The notes: a model not told the origin generated them from the letters alone. A stretch of DNA of 64,000 nucleotides from Vicinamibacteria bacterium (GCA_963422395.1 OY729431.1:384001-448000); one strand, 5' to 3'; counted from the first letter of the stretch, positions 1 to 10,470 are shown. A program made the numbers and translations.

Positions 1-1
1 G

Positions 2-226
2 ACTCTCTTCTCCCGCTTCTTGCTCTACTACCACGGCGTCGCGCTGGTGGACCGCCGCAGTTTCGGAGTGATCGGCAGCGAAGGACAGGACTTCCTCCGG
101 CTCTCCTACGCAGCGGGCATGGATGCGCTGCGCGAGGGGATCCGCCGGATCGCCGCCGGCGCGTCGGACCGCGTTGGATTTCGCCGTTTCCTCTCCGACC
201 AGACCGCCTTGGGACTTGCCGCATGA
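2..226 (+). CDS. PLP-dependent aminotransferase class I/II, C-terminal part (runs off window start)
   Basis: Open frame from position 2; ends with the typical SFG..GQDFLRLSYA..LREGIRRI; ATGA overlap with next gene. Confidence 0.7.
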   Translation, partial: TLFSRFLLYYHGVALVDRRSFGVIGSEGQDFLRLSYAAGMDALREGIRRIAAGASDRVGFRRFLSDQTALGLAA

Positions 227-1245
227 GCCGTATCTTCGTCACCCGCCCCATCCCCGAAGCCGGTCTCGCCATGCTGCGCGCCGCTGCCGAGGTTTCGGTG
301 GCACCGACCCGCGACGGCGATTCCACCCCCCGCGCCGAGGTGCTCGACGGCGCGAGGAGCGCCGATGTCCATGTTTCGCTGCTCACCGAAGCAGTGGACC
401 GCGAGCTCATGGAAGCGGCACCCGGCCTGCTCGGAGTGGCCAACTACGCCGTCGGTTTCAACAATGTGGATGTGCCGGCGGCGACCGAACTCGGGCTTCC
501 GGTCTCGAACACCCCCGGGGTGCTCACCGACACCACCGCGGATCTCGCCTGGGCGCTGCTGATGGCGGCCGCCCGCCGAGTGGTCCCCGCCGACCGCTTC
601 ATGCGGGGGGGCAACTACCGGATCTGGGGTCCGTCGCTGATGTTGGGCGCGGATGTGAGTCCGGGCGGGGACGGGCGGCGCAAGGTGCTGGGAATCGTCG
701 GTTTCGGACGGATCGGCCAGGGGATGCACCGGCGCGCCCAAGGATTCGACATGCAGGTGCTGGCTTACGACCCCCCGCTGCGGGAAGTCGTCGAAGCCAG
801 ATCCGATGTGGAGTACGCGGAGTTCGACGAGCTGCTGCAGCGCAGCGACTTCGTGACCATCCACACCGACCTGAACTCCGGGACCCACCACCTCTTCGAC
901 GCCGGCGCGTTCGCCCGGATGAAGGAGACCGCCTTCCTCGTCAACACCGCCCGCGGCCCGGTGGTGGACGAGGCAGCTCTGGTGGATGCGCTCCGCTCCG
1001 GGGAGATCGCCGGTGCCGGGCTCGATGTGTTCGAGAAGGAACCGGCGTTCCATCCGGGCCTCGCAGAATGCGATCAGGTGGTCATGCTGCCGCACATCGC
1101 GAGCGCGAGCGGGGCGACCCGCGACCGGATGGCCACCATGTGCGCCGAGAACGCCATCGCGCACCTGGATCGGCAGCGCGCCCCGAACTGCGTGAATCCG
1201 GAGGTTTACGACACCCAGGCATACCGGCGGCGTACCGCGCGCTGA
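223..1245 (+). CDS. D-glycerate dehydrogenase / glyoxylate reductase (D-2-hydroxyacid dehydrogenase)
   Basis: AVGFNNVD, NTPGVLTDTTAD, GIVGFGRIG Rossmann motif, VNTARG, GLDVFEKEP, LPHIAS. Confidence 0.92.
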   Translation: MSRIFVTRPIPEAGLAMLRAAAEVSVAPTRDGDSTPRAEVLDGARSADVHVSLLTEAVDRELMEAAPGLLGVANYAVGFNNVDVPAATELGLPVSNTPGVLTDTTADLAWALLMAAARRVVPADRFMRGGNYRIWGPSLMLGADVSPGGDGRRKVLGIVGFGRIGQGMHRRAQGFDMQVLAYDPPLREVVEARSDVEYAEFDELLQRSDFVTIHTDLNSGTHHLFDAGAFARMKETAFLVNTARGPVVDEAALVDALRSGEIAGAGLDVFEKEPAFHPGLAECDQVVMLPHIASASGATRDRMATMCAENAIAHLDRQRAPNCVNPEVYDTQAYRRRTAR

Positions 1246-1269
1246 CCGGCGGGCGCCCTGGACCCGGCG

Positions 1270-2748
1270 TTGCTCTCTCAGAGCTTCGTCATCGCCGCGG
1301 TGGCGGTGTACCTGTTGGGGCTGCTCCTGTTGGGAGCGTTCGCGTCCACCCGGATCCGGAATGCGACCGATTTCGTGGTGGCCGGACGCCGGCTCGGCAT
1401 CGGTCTTTGCACCTTCACCCTCTTTGCGACCTGGTTCGGCGGCGGGACTCTCATCGGGGCGGCGGGGGCCGCCTACTCCGGCGGGCTGGGCGCGGTGGCG
1501 GCGGATCCCTTCGGGGCCGCCCTCTGCCTGCTGCTCGCCGGAGCTTTCTATGTGCGGGTGCTGCGCCGCCTCCGACTGCTCACGGTCCCCGACTTCTTCC
1601 GGCGCCGTTTCGGAAGGCGGGCGGAGATCCTGGCGGCGCTCTCGATCCTGCCGGCCTACATCGGCTGGGTGGGCTCGCAGCTGCTCGCGGTGGGCACCGT
1701 GCTGTCGGCGATGGCCGGACTGCCGTTCACTGCGAGTGTGGTGATCGCCGCTGCTCTCGTCCTCATCTACACCGTGCTCGGCGGCATGTGGGGGGTGACG
1801 CTCACCGACTTCTTCCAGGCGCTGGTGCTCATCGCGGCGGTTTCCGTCCTGCTCCCGATGGTGCTCACCGCCGCCGGCGGCACCGGGGCGGTGCTTTCGC
1901 AGCTGCCGGCAGCGCGCACCCGCTTCCTGCCCACCGGCGGCCTGCTGGAGTGGCTCTTCTTCTTGCAGGCCTGGCTGCTGATCGGGCTCGGCAACCTTCC
2001 CGGTCAAGATCTGATGCAGCGCGCGCTCAGCTCCCGGAGCGAGCGGGTCGCGCAGTGGTCCGCCTACTTCGGCGGCTCGCTCTACCTCATCGTCGGTTTG
2101 ATCCCGGTGGCGCTCGGCCTGGTGGGCTCGGTGATCTTGCCCGGGCTCGAAAACCCCGAGGAGATCATCCCCCGCCTCGCCATGGAATACCTGCCGCCGG
2201 CGGGTCTGGCGCTGTTCCTCGGAGCGCTCTTCTCGGCGCTCATGAGCTCCGCGGACAGCGGCCTGCTGGCGCCGGCGAGCGTCTTCGGTCAGAACATCGT
2301 GAGGAACCTGGCGAGGGAGCTGCGCCCGAAGCAGATCCTGGCCGCGGTGCGGGCCGGGGTCGTGGTGTTCTGCGGGCTGGCGCTCGCGGTCGCCCTCTGG
2401 TTCGAGAGTGTCTATACCCTCATGGTCGAATCGTGGACGGTGATGATGGTCGGTCTCTTCGGGCCCCTCACCCTCGGGCTCTACTGGCGGCGGACGAACG
2501 GCCCCGGCGCCCTCGCCGGCATGATCTCGGGACTCGGGGTTTGGCTCGGTCTGGTGGTCCTTTCGCCAGAGACCGAACTGCCGAACGCGCTGATCGCCAC
2601 TCCGGTGTCCGTGCTGATGACCGTTTTCGTCTCCATCGGGACGGCCGGGAAGCACCCGCCAAAAGCGCTCACCGATGCCTCCGGCCGCGCGATCGCCGAG
2701 ACCGGCCGCCTGGGCATCCTCCCGCTGCGGGCGGGCAGAACGCAGTAG
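1270..2748 (+). CDS. Sodium:solute symporter (SLC5, choline-transporter-like)
   Basis: DFVVAGRRL, ATWFGGG, YTVLGGMWGVTLTDFFQ, QDLMQR, SALMSSADS; many TM segments; TTG start. Confidence 0.88.
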   Translation: MLSQSFVIAAVAVYLLGLLLLGAFASTRIRNATDFVVAGRRLGIGLCTFTLFATWFGGGTLIGAAGAAYSGGLGAVAADPFGAALCLLLAGAFYVRVLRRLRLLTVPDFFRRRFGRRAEILAALSILPAYIGWVGSQLLAVGTVLSAMAGLPFTASVVIAAALVLIYTVLGGMWGVTLTDFFQALVLIAAVSVLLPMVLTAAGGTGAVLSQLPAARTRFLPTGGLLEWLFFLQAWLLIGLGNLPGQDLMQRALSSRSERVAQWSAYFGGSLYLIVGLIPVALGLVGSVILPGLENPEEIIPRLAMEYLPPAGLALFLGALFSALMSSADSGLLAPASVFGQNIVRNLARELRPKQILAAVRAGVVVFCGLALAVALWFESVYTLMVESWTVMMVGLFGPLTLGLYWRRTNGPGALAGMISGLGVWLGLVVLSPETELPNALIATPVSVLMTVFVSIGTAGKHPPKALTDASGRAIAETGRLGILPLRAGRTQ

Positions 2749-2769
2749 GCCCGCTGCTGCTCTGCTGCT

Positions 2770-3510
2770 GTGAGTTCCGGTCGCGGCTTTCGGATCGTGC
2801 CCACGGCATCGGAGCACGCCGGTGCGCTGGCCGAACTCCAGCGGATGATCTTTCCGACGCTCGACCCCGCGGAACGATTCGAGGCCGCCCACTACCTGCG
2901 CCACCTCGAGGTCTTCCCCGAGGGCCAATTCACCGCGCTGGCGGCAGGGCCTCTGGAGACGCCGGTAGCGGCCACCACGACGCTCCGCCTCGACTTCGAT
3001 TTCGAAAACCCTCGACACCGCTTCCCGGAGATCACGGGGGGCCTGGGGCTCGCCCGCCACGACCCCGCGGGCGGTTGGCTCTACGGTGCGGACCTCGGCG
3101 TCCACCCCGCTTGGCGGCGGCGGGGGCTGGCCCGCTCCCTCTACGCTGCGCGCCAGGCCGTCGTGGTTCGGCTGGGACTCCGGGGACAGCTCACCGTCGG
3201 GATGCTGAACGGCTACGGCGAGGTCGCCGGAAGGCTGCCGGCCGAGGACTACTACGCCGGACTGGTGTCGGGCGAGCTCGAAGATCCCACGGTCTCCGTC
3301 CAGCTGCGGATCGGGTTTCGCCCCGCCGGGTTGATCCCGGAGTATGTCCGCGACCCCCGCTGCCGCGGCTACGGTGTTCTGCTCGTCCTCCCGCACGAAA
3401 CTCGCTTCGGAGTGCCGCGGCCGGAATCCACCGGCTCGGCGCTCCCGGCGGCTCTCTCCGGAGCGCCGCCGGCCGAGAGGCGGACGGCGCGGCGGCAGGA
3501 GGCTCGGTAA
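2770..3510 (+). CDS. GNAT family N-acetyltransferase
   Basis: FPEGQF, LYGADLGVHPAWRRRGLARSLY acetyl-CoA motif, DPTVSVQLRIGF. Confidence 0.8.
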   Translation: MSSGRGFRIVPTASEHAGALAELQRMIFPTLDPAERFEAAHYLRHLEVFPEGQFTALAAGPLETPVAATTTLRLDFDFENPRHRFPEITGGLGLARHDPAGGWLYGADLGVHPAWRRRGLARSLYAARQAVVVRLGLRGQLTVGMLNGYGEVAGRLPAEDYYAGLVSGELEDPTVSVQLRIGFRPAGLIPEYVRDPRCRGYGVLLVLPHETRFGVPRPESTGSALPAALSGAPPAERRTARRQEAR

Positions 3511-3640
3511 GATTCGCTCTCCTCGGCAGGCAGCCGGAGAAAGGCGATCCGGGGATACGGAGTCGAAGCGGCGGTCGGTCTCGGCCGCCATCCCGGGAAC
3601 ATTCCCGGCGGGCCGCCGTAGGGACGAGGTATTGACTAGG

Positions 3641-4951
3641 ATGGATCCGCCGAGAGCTGCCGACCGGCTCGCGGAGCTTGCGATCGGAGAGGAACAGCGG
3701 GGTTCGCGGCCGATCGCGCTCGTCACCGCGGTGATCGGCGGCTTGGTGATTCTCGGCGGCGTGCTCTCCGCTGTCTTTCTGCTCGGGTCGGAGCCGGAGG
3801 TGGCCGCAGTGCGAACCGCACGGGTGCGCTCGATCTCCGTTTCCGCCGGAACGACGGTGCTGAATGCGAGCGGATATGTCACCGCTCGCCGCCAGGCGAC
3901 CGTGTCCTCCAAGATGGCGGGCCAGATCACCGAAATATCGATCGAGGAAGGGATGGAAGTCGAAGCCGGCCAGGTGCTCGCGCGGCTCGATTCGGCAAAT
4001 CTGGACCGCAGTCTGCGGCTGGCCGAAGCGCAGGCGGCCGCCGCCGGGAAGGCGGTGCTGGAGGTCGAGGCGCAGCTCGTGGAGGCGCGCCTGCGTCAGG
4101 CGCGGACCCGCCAGCTCGCGGAGCAGGAGATCGTCGGCCAGGCTGATCTCGACCGAGTGGACAGCGAAGCGGCCACCCTCGAAGCGCGGGTCGATCGCCA
4201 GCGGGAGGAGATCTCCGTCGCGGAGCGCCAGGCGGATGTGATCCGCCAGCAGCTCGAGGACACCGTGATCCGCGCCCCCTTCGACGGGGTGATCACCGCC
4301 AAGAACGCCCAACCCGGCGAAATGATGTCCCCGATCGCCGGGGGGGCCGGCTTCACCCGCACCGGGATCGGAACAGTGGTGGACATGGCCTCCCGCGAGA
4401 TCGAAGTGGATGTCAACGAGGCGTACATCAATCGGGTCTCGCCGGGGCAGCCGGTGGACGCGGTGCTCGATTCCTACGACGATTGGCAGATTCCGGCGCG
4501 GGTGATCGCCATCATCCCGACCGCCGACCGGGACCGGGCCACCGTGCGGGTCCGCATCGGGTTCGAGGAACTCGATCCGCGGATCCTTCCCGACATGGGG
4601 GTCAAGGTGAGTTTCCGTTCCGCGGAGCCGGAACCGGGAGAAGCGCCCGAGGGGCTGCTCATCCCGGCGGCGGCGGTCTTCCGGGACACCGGTCGGGATC
4701 TGGTGCTGCTGTTGCGCGAGGGACGGGTCCAGCGCCGGGCGGTGCGGCTCGGCGACCGGACGGGGAGCGATGTATTCGTCCTCTCGGGACTCGCCGAGGG
4801 CGATCGGGTGGTCGTCGAGGGAATGGAGGGGCTCGCCGACGGCGACGAGGTGGTGGAGGCCGGCCGCGCTGCCCTGACAGGACTGCCCGAAGGGGGCTGC
4901 CGGGCTACCGCGATGCCGTCCGATTCGGGGGCAGGAGAACGAACATCATGA
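3641..4951 (+). CDS. Efflux periplasmic adaptor subunit (MFP/HlyD, MacA-like)
   Basis: N-terminal TM, LNASGYVTARRQATVSSK, IRAPFDGVI, EVDVNEAYI; start at 3641 inferred within ORF 3344..4951. Confidence 0.88.
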   Translation: MDPPRAADRLAELAIGEEQRGSRPIALVTAVIGGLVILGGVLSAVFLLGSEPEVAAVRTARVRSISVSAGTTVLNASGYVTARRQATVSSKMAGQITEISIEEGMEVEAGQVLARLDSANLDRSLRLAEAQAAAAGKAVLEVEAQLVEARLRQARTRQLAEQEIVGQADLDRVDSEAATLEARVDRQREEISVAERQADVIRQQLEDTVIRAPFDGVITAKNAQPGEMMSPIAGGAGFTRTGIGTVVDMASREIEVDVNEAYINRVSPGQPVDAVLDSYDDWQIPARVIAIIPTADRDRATVRVRIGFEELDPRILPDMGVKVSFRSAEPEPGEAPEGLLIPAAAVFRDTGRDLVLLLREGRVQRRAVRLGDRTGSDVFVLSGLAEGDRVVVEGMEGLADGDEVVEAGRAALTGLPEGGCRATAMPSDSGAGERTS

Positions 4952-5715
4952 AGGAAACATCGAATTCGCCAGCTTCGGGCCCGAGCCGCCCCATGGTGGA
5001 TGTGCGCGAAGTCCACCGCACTTTCCGCCGGGGCCGCGCCGCGGTGCCGGTGCTCGCCGGGCTCACGCTGCAGCTGGAACGGGGCGAATTCCTGGCGCTC
5101 ATGGGGCCTTCGGGTTCGGGCAAGTCCACCCTCCTGAACCTGATCGCCGGCCTCGACCGGCCGACGAAGGGCGAGGTGTTCGTGGGCGGCGACCCGATCC
5201 ACCGCCTCTCCGAGCGGCGCCTGGCCGCCTGGCGCGCCCGCAACATCGGCTTCGTCTTCCAGTTCTCGAACCTGCTCGGCGCGCTGAACGCCGAACGGAA
5301 TGTGGCGCTGCCGTTGCTGCTGACTTCGCTCTCGGCGCGGGAGCGGCAGCGCCGGGTCCGCATCGCGCTCGACATCGTGGGGCTTTCCGAGCGGCGCCGG
5401 CACCGCCCGCGGGAACTCTCCGGCGGGGAACAGCAGCGCGTCGGGATCGCCCGCGCGCTGGTGAACGATCCGGCGCTCCTCGTCTGCGACGAGCCCACCG
5501 GCGATCTCGACCGGGTCACCAGCCGCGAGATCCTCGATCTGCTGGGCGCCCTCAACCGGGAACACGGCAAGACGATCCTCATGGTGACCCACGACCCGAT
5601 GGCCGCCGAAAGGGCGTCCCGGCTGCTCCAGATGGAGGACGGCCGGCTGGCGGAGCACGAACCCGGCGAACCCGGCGCGACGGCCGTTCCAGACTTCGCG
5701 GGAGCGGTGCGGTGA
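4948..5715 (+). CDS. ABC transporter ATP-binding protein (MacB/LolD type)
   Basis: GPSGSGKST, LSGGEQQRV, CDEPTGDLD, VTHD; ATGA overlap with upstream gene. Confidence 0.93.
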   Translation: MKETSNSPASGPSRPMVDVREVHRTFRRGRAAVPVLAGLTLQLERGEFLALMGPSGSGKSTLLNLIAGLDRPTKGEVFVGGDPIHRLSERRLAAWRARNIGFVFQFSNLLGALNAERNVALPLLLTSLSARERQRRVRIALDIVGLSERRRHRPRELSGGEQQRVGIARALVNDPALLVCDEPTGDLDRVTSREILDLLGALNREHGKTILMVTHDPMAAERASRLLQMEDGRLAEHEPGEPGATAVPDFAGAVR

Positions 5716-6872
5716 GCACCTTCACGCTGATCAGCGCGGCGCTCCGCCGCAAGAAGACCCGGACTTTCCTCACTTTCTCCTCGGTGTTTTTCGCCTTCCT
5801 GATCTTCGGGGTCCTCTCGATGCTGCGCACCGCCTTTTCGATGGGAGTCGAGATGGCGAGCGAGGACCGACTCGTCGTCCGCCACCGGGTTTCGCTCTTC
5901 CAGCTTCTCCCCCAGTCCTACGAGGCGGAGATGGAGGAAATGCCCGGCGTGGTGGACGCCGTCCACATGACCTGGTTCGGCGGGGTCTATCAGGATCCTT
6001 CCAACTTCTTCATGCAGTCGCCGGTGGAGCCTGCCGAATACCTCGACATGTACCCCGAAGTCGAGCTCTCGGAGGAGGAGAAGACGCGCTGGATCGGGAC
6101 GCGGAACGGAGCGGTCGCCGGACGCGCGCTCGTCGAGCGCCACGGATGGGAGATCGGGGACCGCATCCCCATCCAGCCGACGATCTGGCAGCAGCAAGGC
6201 CGCGGGGACGATGCCTGGGAGTTCGAACTGGTGGGGATCTACGAGAGCGCGGTCGAAGGGTTCGACGAGACCCAGTTCCTCTTCCGCTACGACTTCTTCG
6301 ATGAGGCGCGCTCCTTCGGCCGCGGTCAGATCGGTTGGTTCATGGTGCGGGTCCAGGATCCGGCCCGGGCGCCGCAGGTCGCCGCCGCGATCGACGCCGC
6401 CTTCCAGAACTCTCCCGCCGAGACCAAGAGTGAGTCCGAGGGCGCCTTCGCCGCCGGCTTCGCCAACCAGGTGGGGAATCTGGGGCTGATCGTGACCTCG
6501 ATTCTCGGCGCGGTCTTCTTCACCATTCTGCTGGTGGCGGGGAACACCATGGCGCAGTCGGTGCGTGAGCGGATCGGCGAGATCGGGCTGCTGAAGGCGC
6601 TCGGCTTCACTGCGGGGCGGGTGCAGCGGCTGGTGCTCTTCGAGTCGGTGACGCTGGTGGCCACCGCCGGTTTCCTGGGGATGGTGATGTCCGCCGTTCT
6701 CGAGCGAGGGCTTCGGAGCCAGCTCGCAGCCTATTTTCCCGGCCTCGCGCTGCGGCCGCAGGATCTGCTGCTCGGGCTCGGCCTCGCACTGCTCACCGGC
6801 CTGGTGGTCGGAGTGTTTCCCGCGCGCCGGGCGATGCGTCTAGAGACGGCATTCGCCCTCCGCCGGCTCTGA
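5712..6872 (+). CDS. ABC transporter permease (MacB/FtsX family)
   Basis: RRKKTRTFLT N-terminus, NTMAQSVRERIGEIGLLKALGF; GTGA overlap. Confidence 0.9.
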   Translation: MSTFTLISAALRRKKTRTFLTFSSVFFAFLIFGVLSMLRTAFSMGVEMASEDRLVVRHRVSLFQLLPQSYEAEMEEMPGVVDAVHMTWFGGVYQDPSNFFMQSPVEPAEYLDMYPEVELSEEEKTRWIGTRNGAVAGRALVERHGWEIGDRIPIQPTIWQQQGRGDDAWEFELVGIYESAVEGFDETQFLFRYDFFDEARSFGRGQIGWFMVRVQDPARAPQVAAAIDAAFQNSPAETKSESEGAFAAGFANQVGNLGLIVTSILGAVFFTILLVAGNTMAQSVRERIGEIGLLKALGFTAGRVQRLVLFESVTLVATAGFLGMVMSAVLERGLRSQLAAYFPGLALRPQDLLLGLGLALLTGLVVGVFPARRAMRLETAFALRRL

Positions 6873-6887
6873 TCGGAGGGGAGCACG

Positions 6888-8084
6888 ATGGGCCTCGTAT
6901 CGTTCCTTCGGCAGTGCCAGGCGGTCACCCGCTACAACATCGAGACCATCTGGCAGCGCCGGGGGGTCTCGGCGGTGGCGATTTTCGGAATCGCCGGCGT
7001 CGTGGGGGTGCTCGTCGCGGTGCTTTCGATGGCCGCTGGGTTCCGCGCGGTGGTGACCGGCCAGTCCCGCGACGACGTGGCCGTCGTGCTCCGCAGCGGC
7101 GCGACCAGTGAGACGGCGAGCATCCTCTCCCGCCAGGACATCCAGGTGCTCGAAGAGGCGCCCGGGGTCGCGCGCGGCTCGGCGGGCGCCCTCGTCTCCC
7201 CCGAACTCTTCGTCATCATCGATCGGCGGAAGATCGGCGCCGGTACCGATGCGAATGTTCCGCTGCGCGGTGTCGAGGCGGCGGCCTTCGAGGTTCGCAG
7301 CGAGATCGAGATCGTCGAGGGCCGCCGCTTCGAGCCGGGCAGGAACGAGGTCATCGTGGGCGACGGCGCGTCCCTCTCCTTCGAAGGACTGCTGGTGGGC
7401 GACACCATCGATGTGGGGCAGTCGTCCTGGGAGGTGGTGGGCCGGTTCACCGCCGGAGGCGGGCTGTCGGAATCCGAGATCTGGACCGATACCCGCGTCC
7501 TCCAGCAGGCGTACCGGCGGGGCAACTCCTACAACGCGGCCTTCGTGCGCCTCACCGACGAGACCGGCTTCGACGGATTCCAGGAAGCCATCGAGGAGGA
7601 CCCTCGCGTCAGCCTCGGCGCTCGGACCCAGACCGAGTTTCTCGCGGCGCAGTCGGCGCCGATCGAGGTCTTCATCTCGGTGGTCGGCTGGATCATCGTC
7701 GCGCTGATGTCGGCGGGCGCGGTGTTCGCCGCGCTCAACACCATGTATGCGGCGGTGTCTTCCCGCTCGCGGGAGATCGCCACGCTGCGCGCCCTCGGTT
7801 TCTCCCGGTTGCCGGTCGTGTTTTCCGTGGTGGTCGAGTCGGTCGTCTTCGCGCTCGTCGGGGCCGCGGTCGGCGGGGCGGCTTCCTGGTTCCTCTTCGA
7901 CGGGTTCCGGGCGGCGACCATCAACTGGGCTTCGTTCAGCCAGGTGTCGTTCGCCTTCGAGGTGACCTCGGAACTGCTGATGCAGGGGGTGATGCTCGCT
8001 CTCGTGATCGGGACGATCGGCGGCTTTCTCCCCGCGGTCGCGGCGGCCCGCCGCAGCGTGGTGGGCGCCCTCCGGGAACAGTAG
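6888..8084 (+). CDS. ABC transporter permease (MacB/FtsX family)
   Basis: NTMYAAVSSRSREIATLRALGF, GGFLPA C-terminus. Confidence 0.9.
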   Translation: MGLVSFLRQCQAVTRYNIETIWQRRGVSAVAIFGIAGVVGVLVAVLSMAAGFRAVVTGQSRDDVAVVLRSGATSETASILSRQDIQVLEEAPGVARGSAGALVSPELFVIIDRRKIGAGTDANVPLRGVEAAAFEVRSEIEIVEGRRFEPGRNEVIVGDGASLSFEGLLVGDTIDVGQSSWEVVGRFTAGGGLSESEIWTDTRVLQQAYRRGNSYNAAFVRLTDETGFDGFQEAIEEDPRVSLGARTQTEFLAAQSAPIEVFISVVGWIIVALMSAGAVFAALNTMYAAVSSRSREIATLRALGFSRLPVVFSVVVESVVFALVGAAVGGAASWFLFDGFRAATINWASFSQVSFAFEVTSELLMQGVMLALVIGTIGGFLPAVAAARRSVVGALREQ

Positions 8085-8114
8085 GCGCGCTTTCGGAATC
8101 CTCCGCCGTCGAGC

Positions 8115-8220
8115 TTCGCGCGGGCGAAGCGGCACGCCCGCGAGAATGGCCGGCCTCTGCGGAGACTGATCGAGGAGGGGCTTCGCCGGGCACTCGAGGA
8201 CTCGGAGCCGGCGAGAGCGG
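8115..8220 (+). pseudogene. Start-less remnant of an RHH/VapB-like (DUF2191-type) antitoxin
   Basis: Intergenic frame reads FARAKRHARENGRPLRRLIEEGLRRALEDS; no start codon, no toxin. Confidence 0.45.
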
Positions 8221-8225
8221 CTCGG

Positions 8226-10382
8226 TCAGTTCAGGCCGCGGCGGCGCAGCAGCGGCTCCACTTCGGCGTCCCGCCCGCGGAAGGCGCGGTAGAGATCCAT
8301 CGCCTCGACGCTCCCTCCCTTCGACAGCAGGGCAGTGCGGAAATGGTCGCCGTTCTCGCGCCGGAGTCCTCCGTTCTCGCGGAACCACTCCACCGAATCG
8401 GCGTCGAGGACCTCGCTCCAGATGTACGAGTAGTAGCCCGCCGAGTAGCCGCTCCCCCAGATGTGGGAGAAATAGGTGCTCCGGTACCGTGGCGGCACCG
8501 GGGCGAACGCGATCCCCGCCGCTTCCAGCGCCGCGGCTTCGAACGCCAGGACACCGTCCGCCTCGGGCGTTTCGGATACGCCGAGACGGTGCCAGGCGAG
8601 GTCGAGCAGGGTCGCCGCCAGATACTCGGTGGTCTGGAAGCCCTGGTTGAAGCTCCGCGCCGAGAGTACCCGGTCGAGCAGGTCGCCGGGAATCGGTTCG
8701 CCGGTTTCGTGGTGTACGGCGTAGTGCTGCAGCACCTCGGGCCAGGTCGCCCACATTTCGTTCACCTGCGACGGATACTCGACGAAATCCCGCGGCACCG
8801 AGGTGCCCGCGAAGTAGGGATAGCGGACCTCCGAGAACAGTCCGTGGAGGGCGTGCCCGAACTCGTGGAACATCGTGATGACTTCGTCGAAGGTCAGCAG
8901 CGACGGCTCGCCGGCGGGGGGCTTGGGGATGTTCAAGTGGTTGGCGACCACCGGTTTCGTCCCGAGGAGATGGGACTGGGAGACATAGGCGTTCATCCAC
9001 GCGCCGCCGCGCTTCGCAGGCCTCGCGTAGAAATCGGCGAGGAACAGGCCGAGCGGAGTCCCGTCCTCTTCGAAGACCTCGAACACCCGGACATCGGGGT
9101 GATAGACCGGGAGCTCGGGACGCTCTTCGAAACGGAGCCCGTAGAGGCGGCCTGCGGCGTGGAACACGCCGTTTGTCAGGACACTGTTCATCTCGAAATA
9201 CGGACGAAGCTGCGATTCGTCGAAGGAGAAGCGCTGCGCCCGTAGTTTCTCGGTGTAGTAGGACCAGTCCCAGGCCTCGATCTCGAGGGCAGCCCCCTCC
9301 GCGCGGGCCACCGCTTCGAGGTCCTCCGCCTCGCGCCGGGCGTTCCCGACAGCTCGGGGCACCAAACTGGCGAGTCGTTCGTCCACCGCAGAGACCGATT
9401 GCGCCGTCTGCTCCTCGAGCACATAGGCTGCGTGATGGGGGTAGCCGAGGAGAGCGGCGCGTTCGGCGCGGAGCGCTGCGATCCGGACGATCACCCCGCG
9501 GTTGTCGTGATCCCCACCCTGGCTGCCGCGGGCGAGCGAGGCACGCAGGATCCGCTCGCGCAGCGCCCGATCCTCGAGTGAGGCGAGCGCTGGCTGGCCG
9601 CTGGTGTTGAGGAGCGCGATCACATACCTGCCGTCGAGACCGCGGGTATTCGCCGTCTCGGCAGCCGCGGCGATCTCACCCTCGGAGAGGCCGGCGAGTT
9701 CGTCTTCGGTGTCCACCACCACCGCCGAGGCGTTCGCCTCGTCGAGGGTGTTTTCGGTGAACTCGGCAGAGAGCGACGCGAGCTCGGCGTTGATCTCCCG
9801 CATCCGCTCCTTCTCCGGTTCGGTCAGCTGAGCGCCGGCGCGGGTGAAGTCCCGGTGGTAGCGTTCCACGAGGCGTGTTTCTTCCGTCGAGAGGCCGGCC
9901 TCGGCGCGTGCTTCGTAGAGCGTCTCCACGCGGTCGAACAGGTCCGGGTCCAGGAGGATGCGGTCGGCGTGCGCGGCGAGCTTCGGCGCCATCTCGGCTC
10001 GGATCGCATTCCTCTCGTCGTTCGTGTCGGCGGCGGCGAGGCTGAAGAAGACGCGAGACACCCGGTCGAGCAGCCGCCCCGACCGCTCCAGTGCAACGAG
10101 GGTGTTCTCGAAATCCGGCGGTTCGGGAGCGGCAGCGATGGCCTCTGCTTCCTGGAGCTGTTCCGCCATCCCGCGCTCGAAGGCGGGGCGGTAGTGGCTG
10201 TCTTCGATCCGGTCGAAGGGCGGCAGCCCGTACGGCAAGGTGTTCTCCTCGAAGAACGGATTGTCAGCCATCTCATCTCCTTTCTCTTCCGGCGCGCACC
10301 CGGGGATGAGCCCCAGCGCGAGCCCGACTCCGAGCCCGGCGGTCACTCCGAGCGGCAGCGCGGGGAAACGAAGAAAACGCAT
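8226..10382 (-). CDS. dcp: M3 family metallopeptidase (peptidyl-dipeptidase Dcp), probable lipoprotein
   Basis: NPFF..LPY.LPPF, KRGGAWM, FHEFGHALH zinc motif, RDFVEYPSQVNE, GYSAGYYSYIWSEVLD. Confidence 0.92.
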   Translation of the reverse strand: MRFLRFPALPLGVTAGLGVGLALGLIPGCAPEEKGDEMADNPFFEENTLPYGLPPFDRIEDSHYRPAFERGMAEQLQEAEAIAAAPEPPDFENTLVALERSGRLLDRVSRVFFSLAAADTNDERNAIRAEMAPKLAAHADRILLDPDLFDRVETLYEARAEAGLSTEETRLVERYHRDFTRAGAQLTEPEKERMREINAELASLSAEFTENTLDEANASAVVVDTEDELAGLSEGEIAAAAETANTRGLDGRYVIALLNTSGQPALASLEDRALRERILRASLARGSQGGDHDNRGVIVRIAALRAERAALLGYPHHAAYVLEEQTAQSVSAVDERLASLVPRAVGNARREAEDLEAVARAEGAALEIEAWDWSYYTEKLRAQRFSFDESQLRPYFEMNSVLTNGVFHAAGRLYGLRFEERPELPVYHPDVRVFEVFEEDGTPLGLFLADFYARPAKRGGAWMNAYVSQSHLLGTKPVVANHLNIPKPPAGEPSLLTFDEVITMFHEFGHALHGLFSEVRYPYFAGTSVPRDFVEYPSQVNEMWATWPEVLQHYAVHHETGEPIPGDLLDRVLSARSFNQGFQTTEYLAATLLDLAWHRLGVSETPEADGVLAFEAAALEAAGIAFAPVPPRYRSTYFSHIWGSGYSAGYYSYIWSEVLDADSVEWFRENGGLRRENGDHFRTALLSKGGSVEAMDLYRAFRGRDAEVEPLLRRRGLN

Positions 10383-10470
10383 CGTCAGATCCTCCTGATC
10401 CTGCAGGCGGCGAATCTCGGGGAGACCCCGGGCGAGGCGCCGCGCAGCCCGCTCGGGCCGGGCTCCTGGC

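Noticed and set aside
106-3930. Very long antisense or alternate-frame ORFs (e.g. 106..3930 -, 123..3635 +, 46494..49370 -, 49073..51763 -, 32432..35002 +)
   Set aside because: Arg/Pro/Gly-rich shadows of real genes, expected in high-GC DNA; no motifs, and they fully overlap well-supported CDSs
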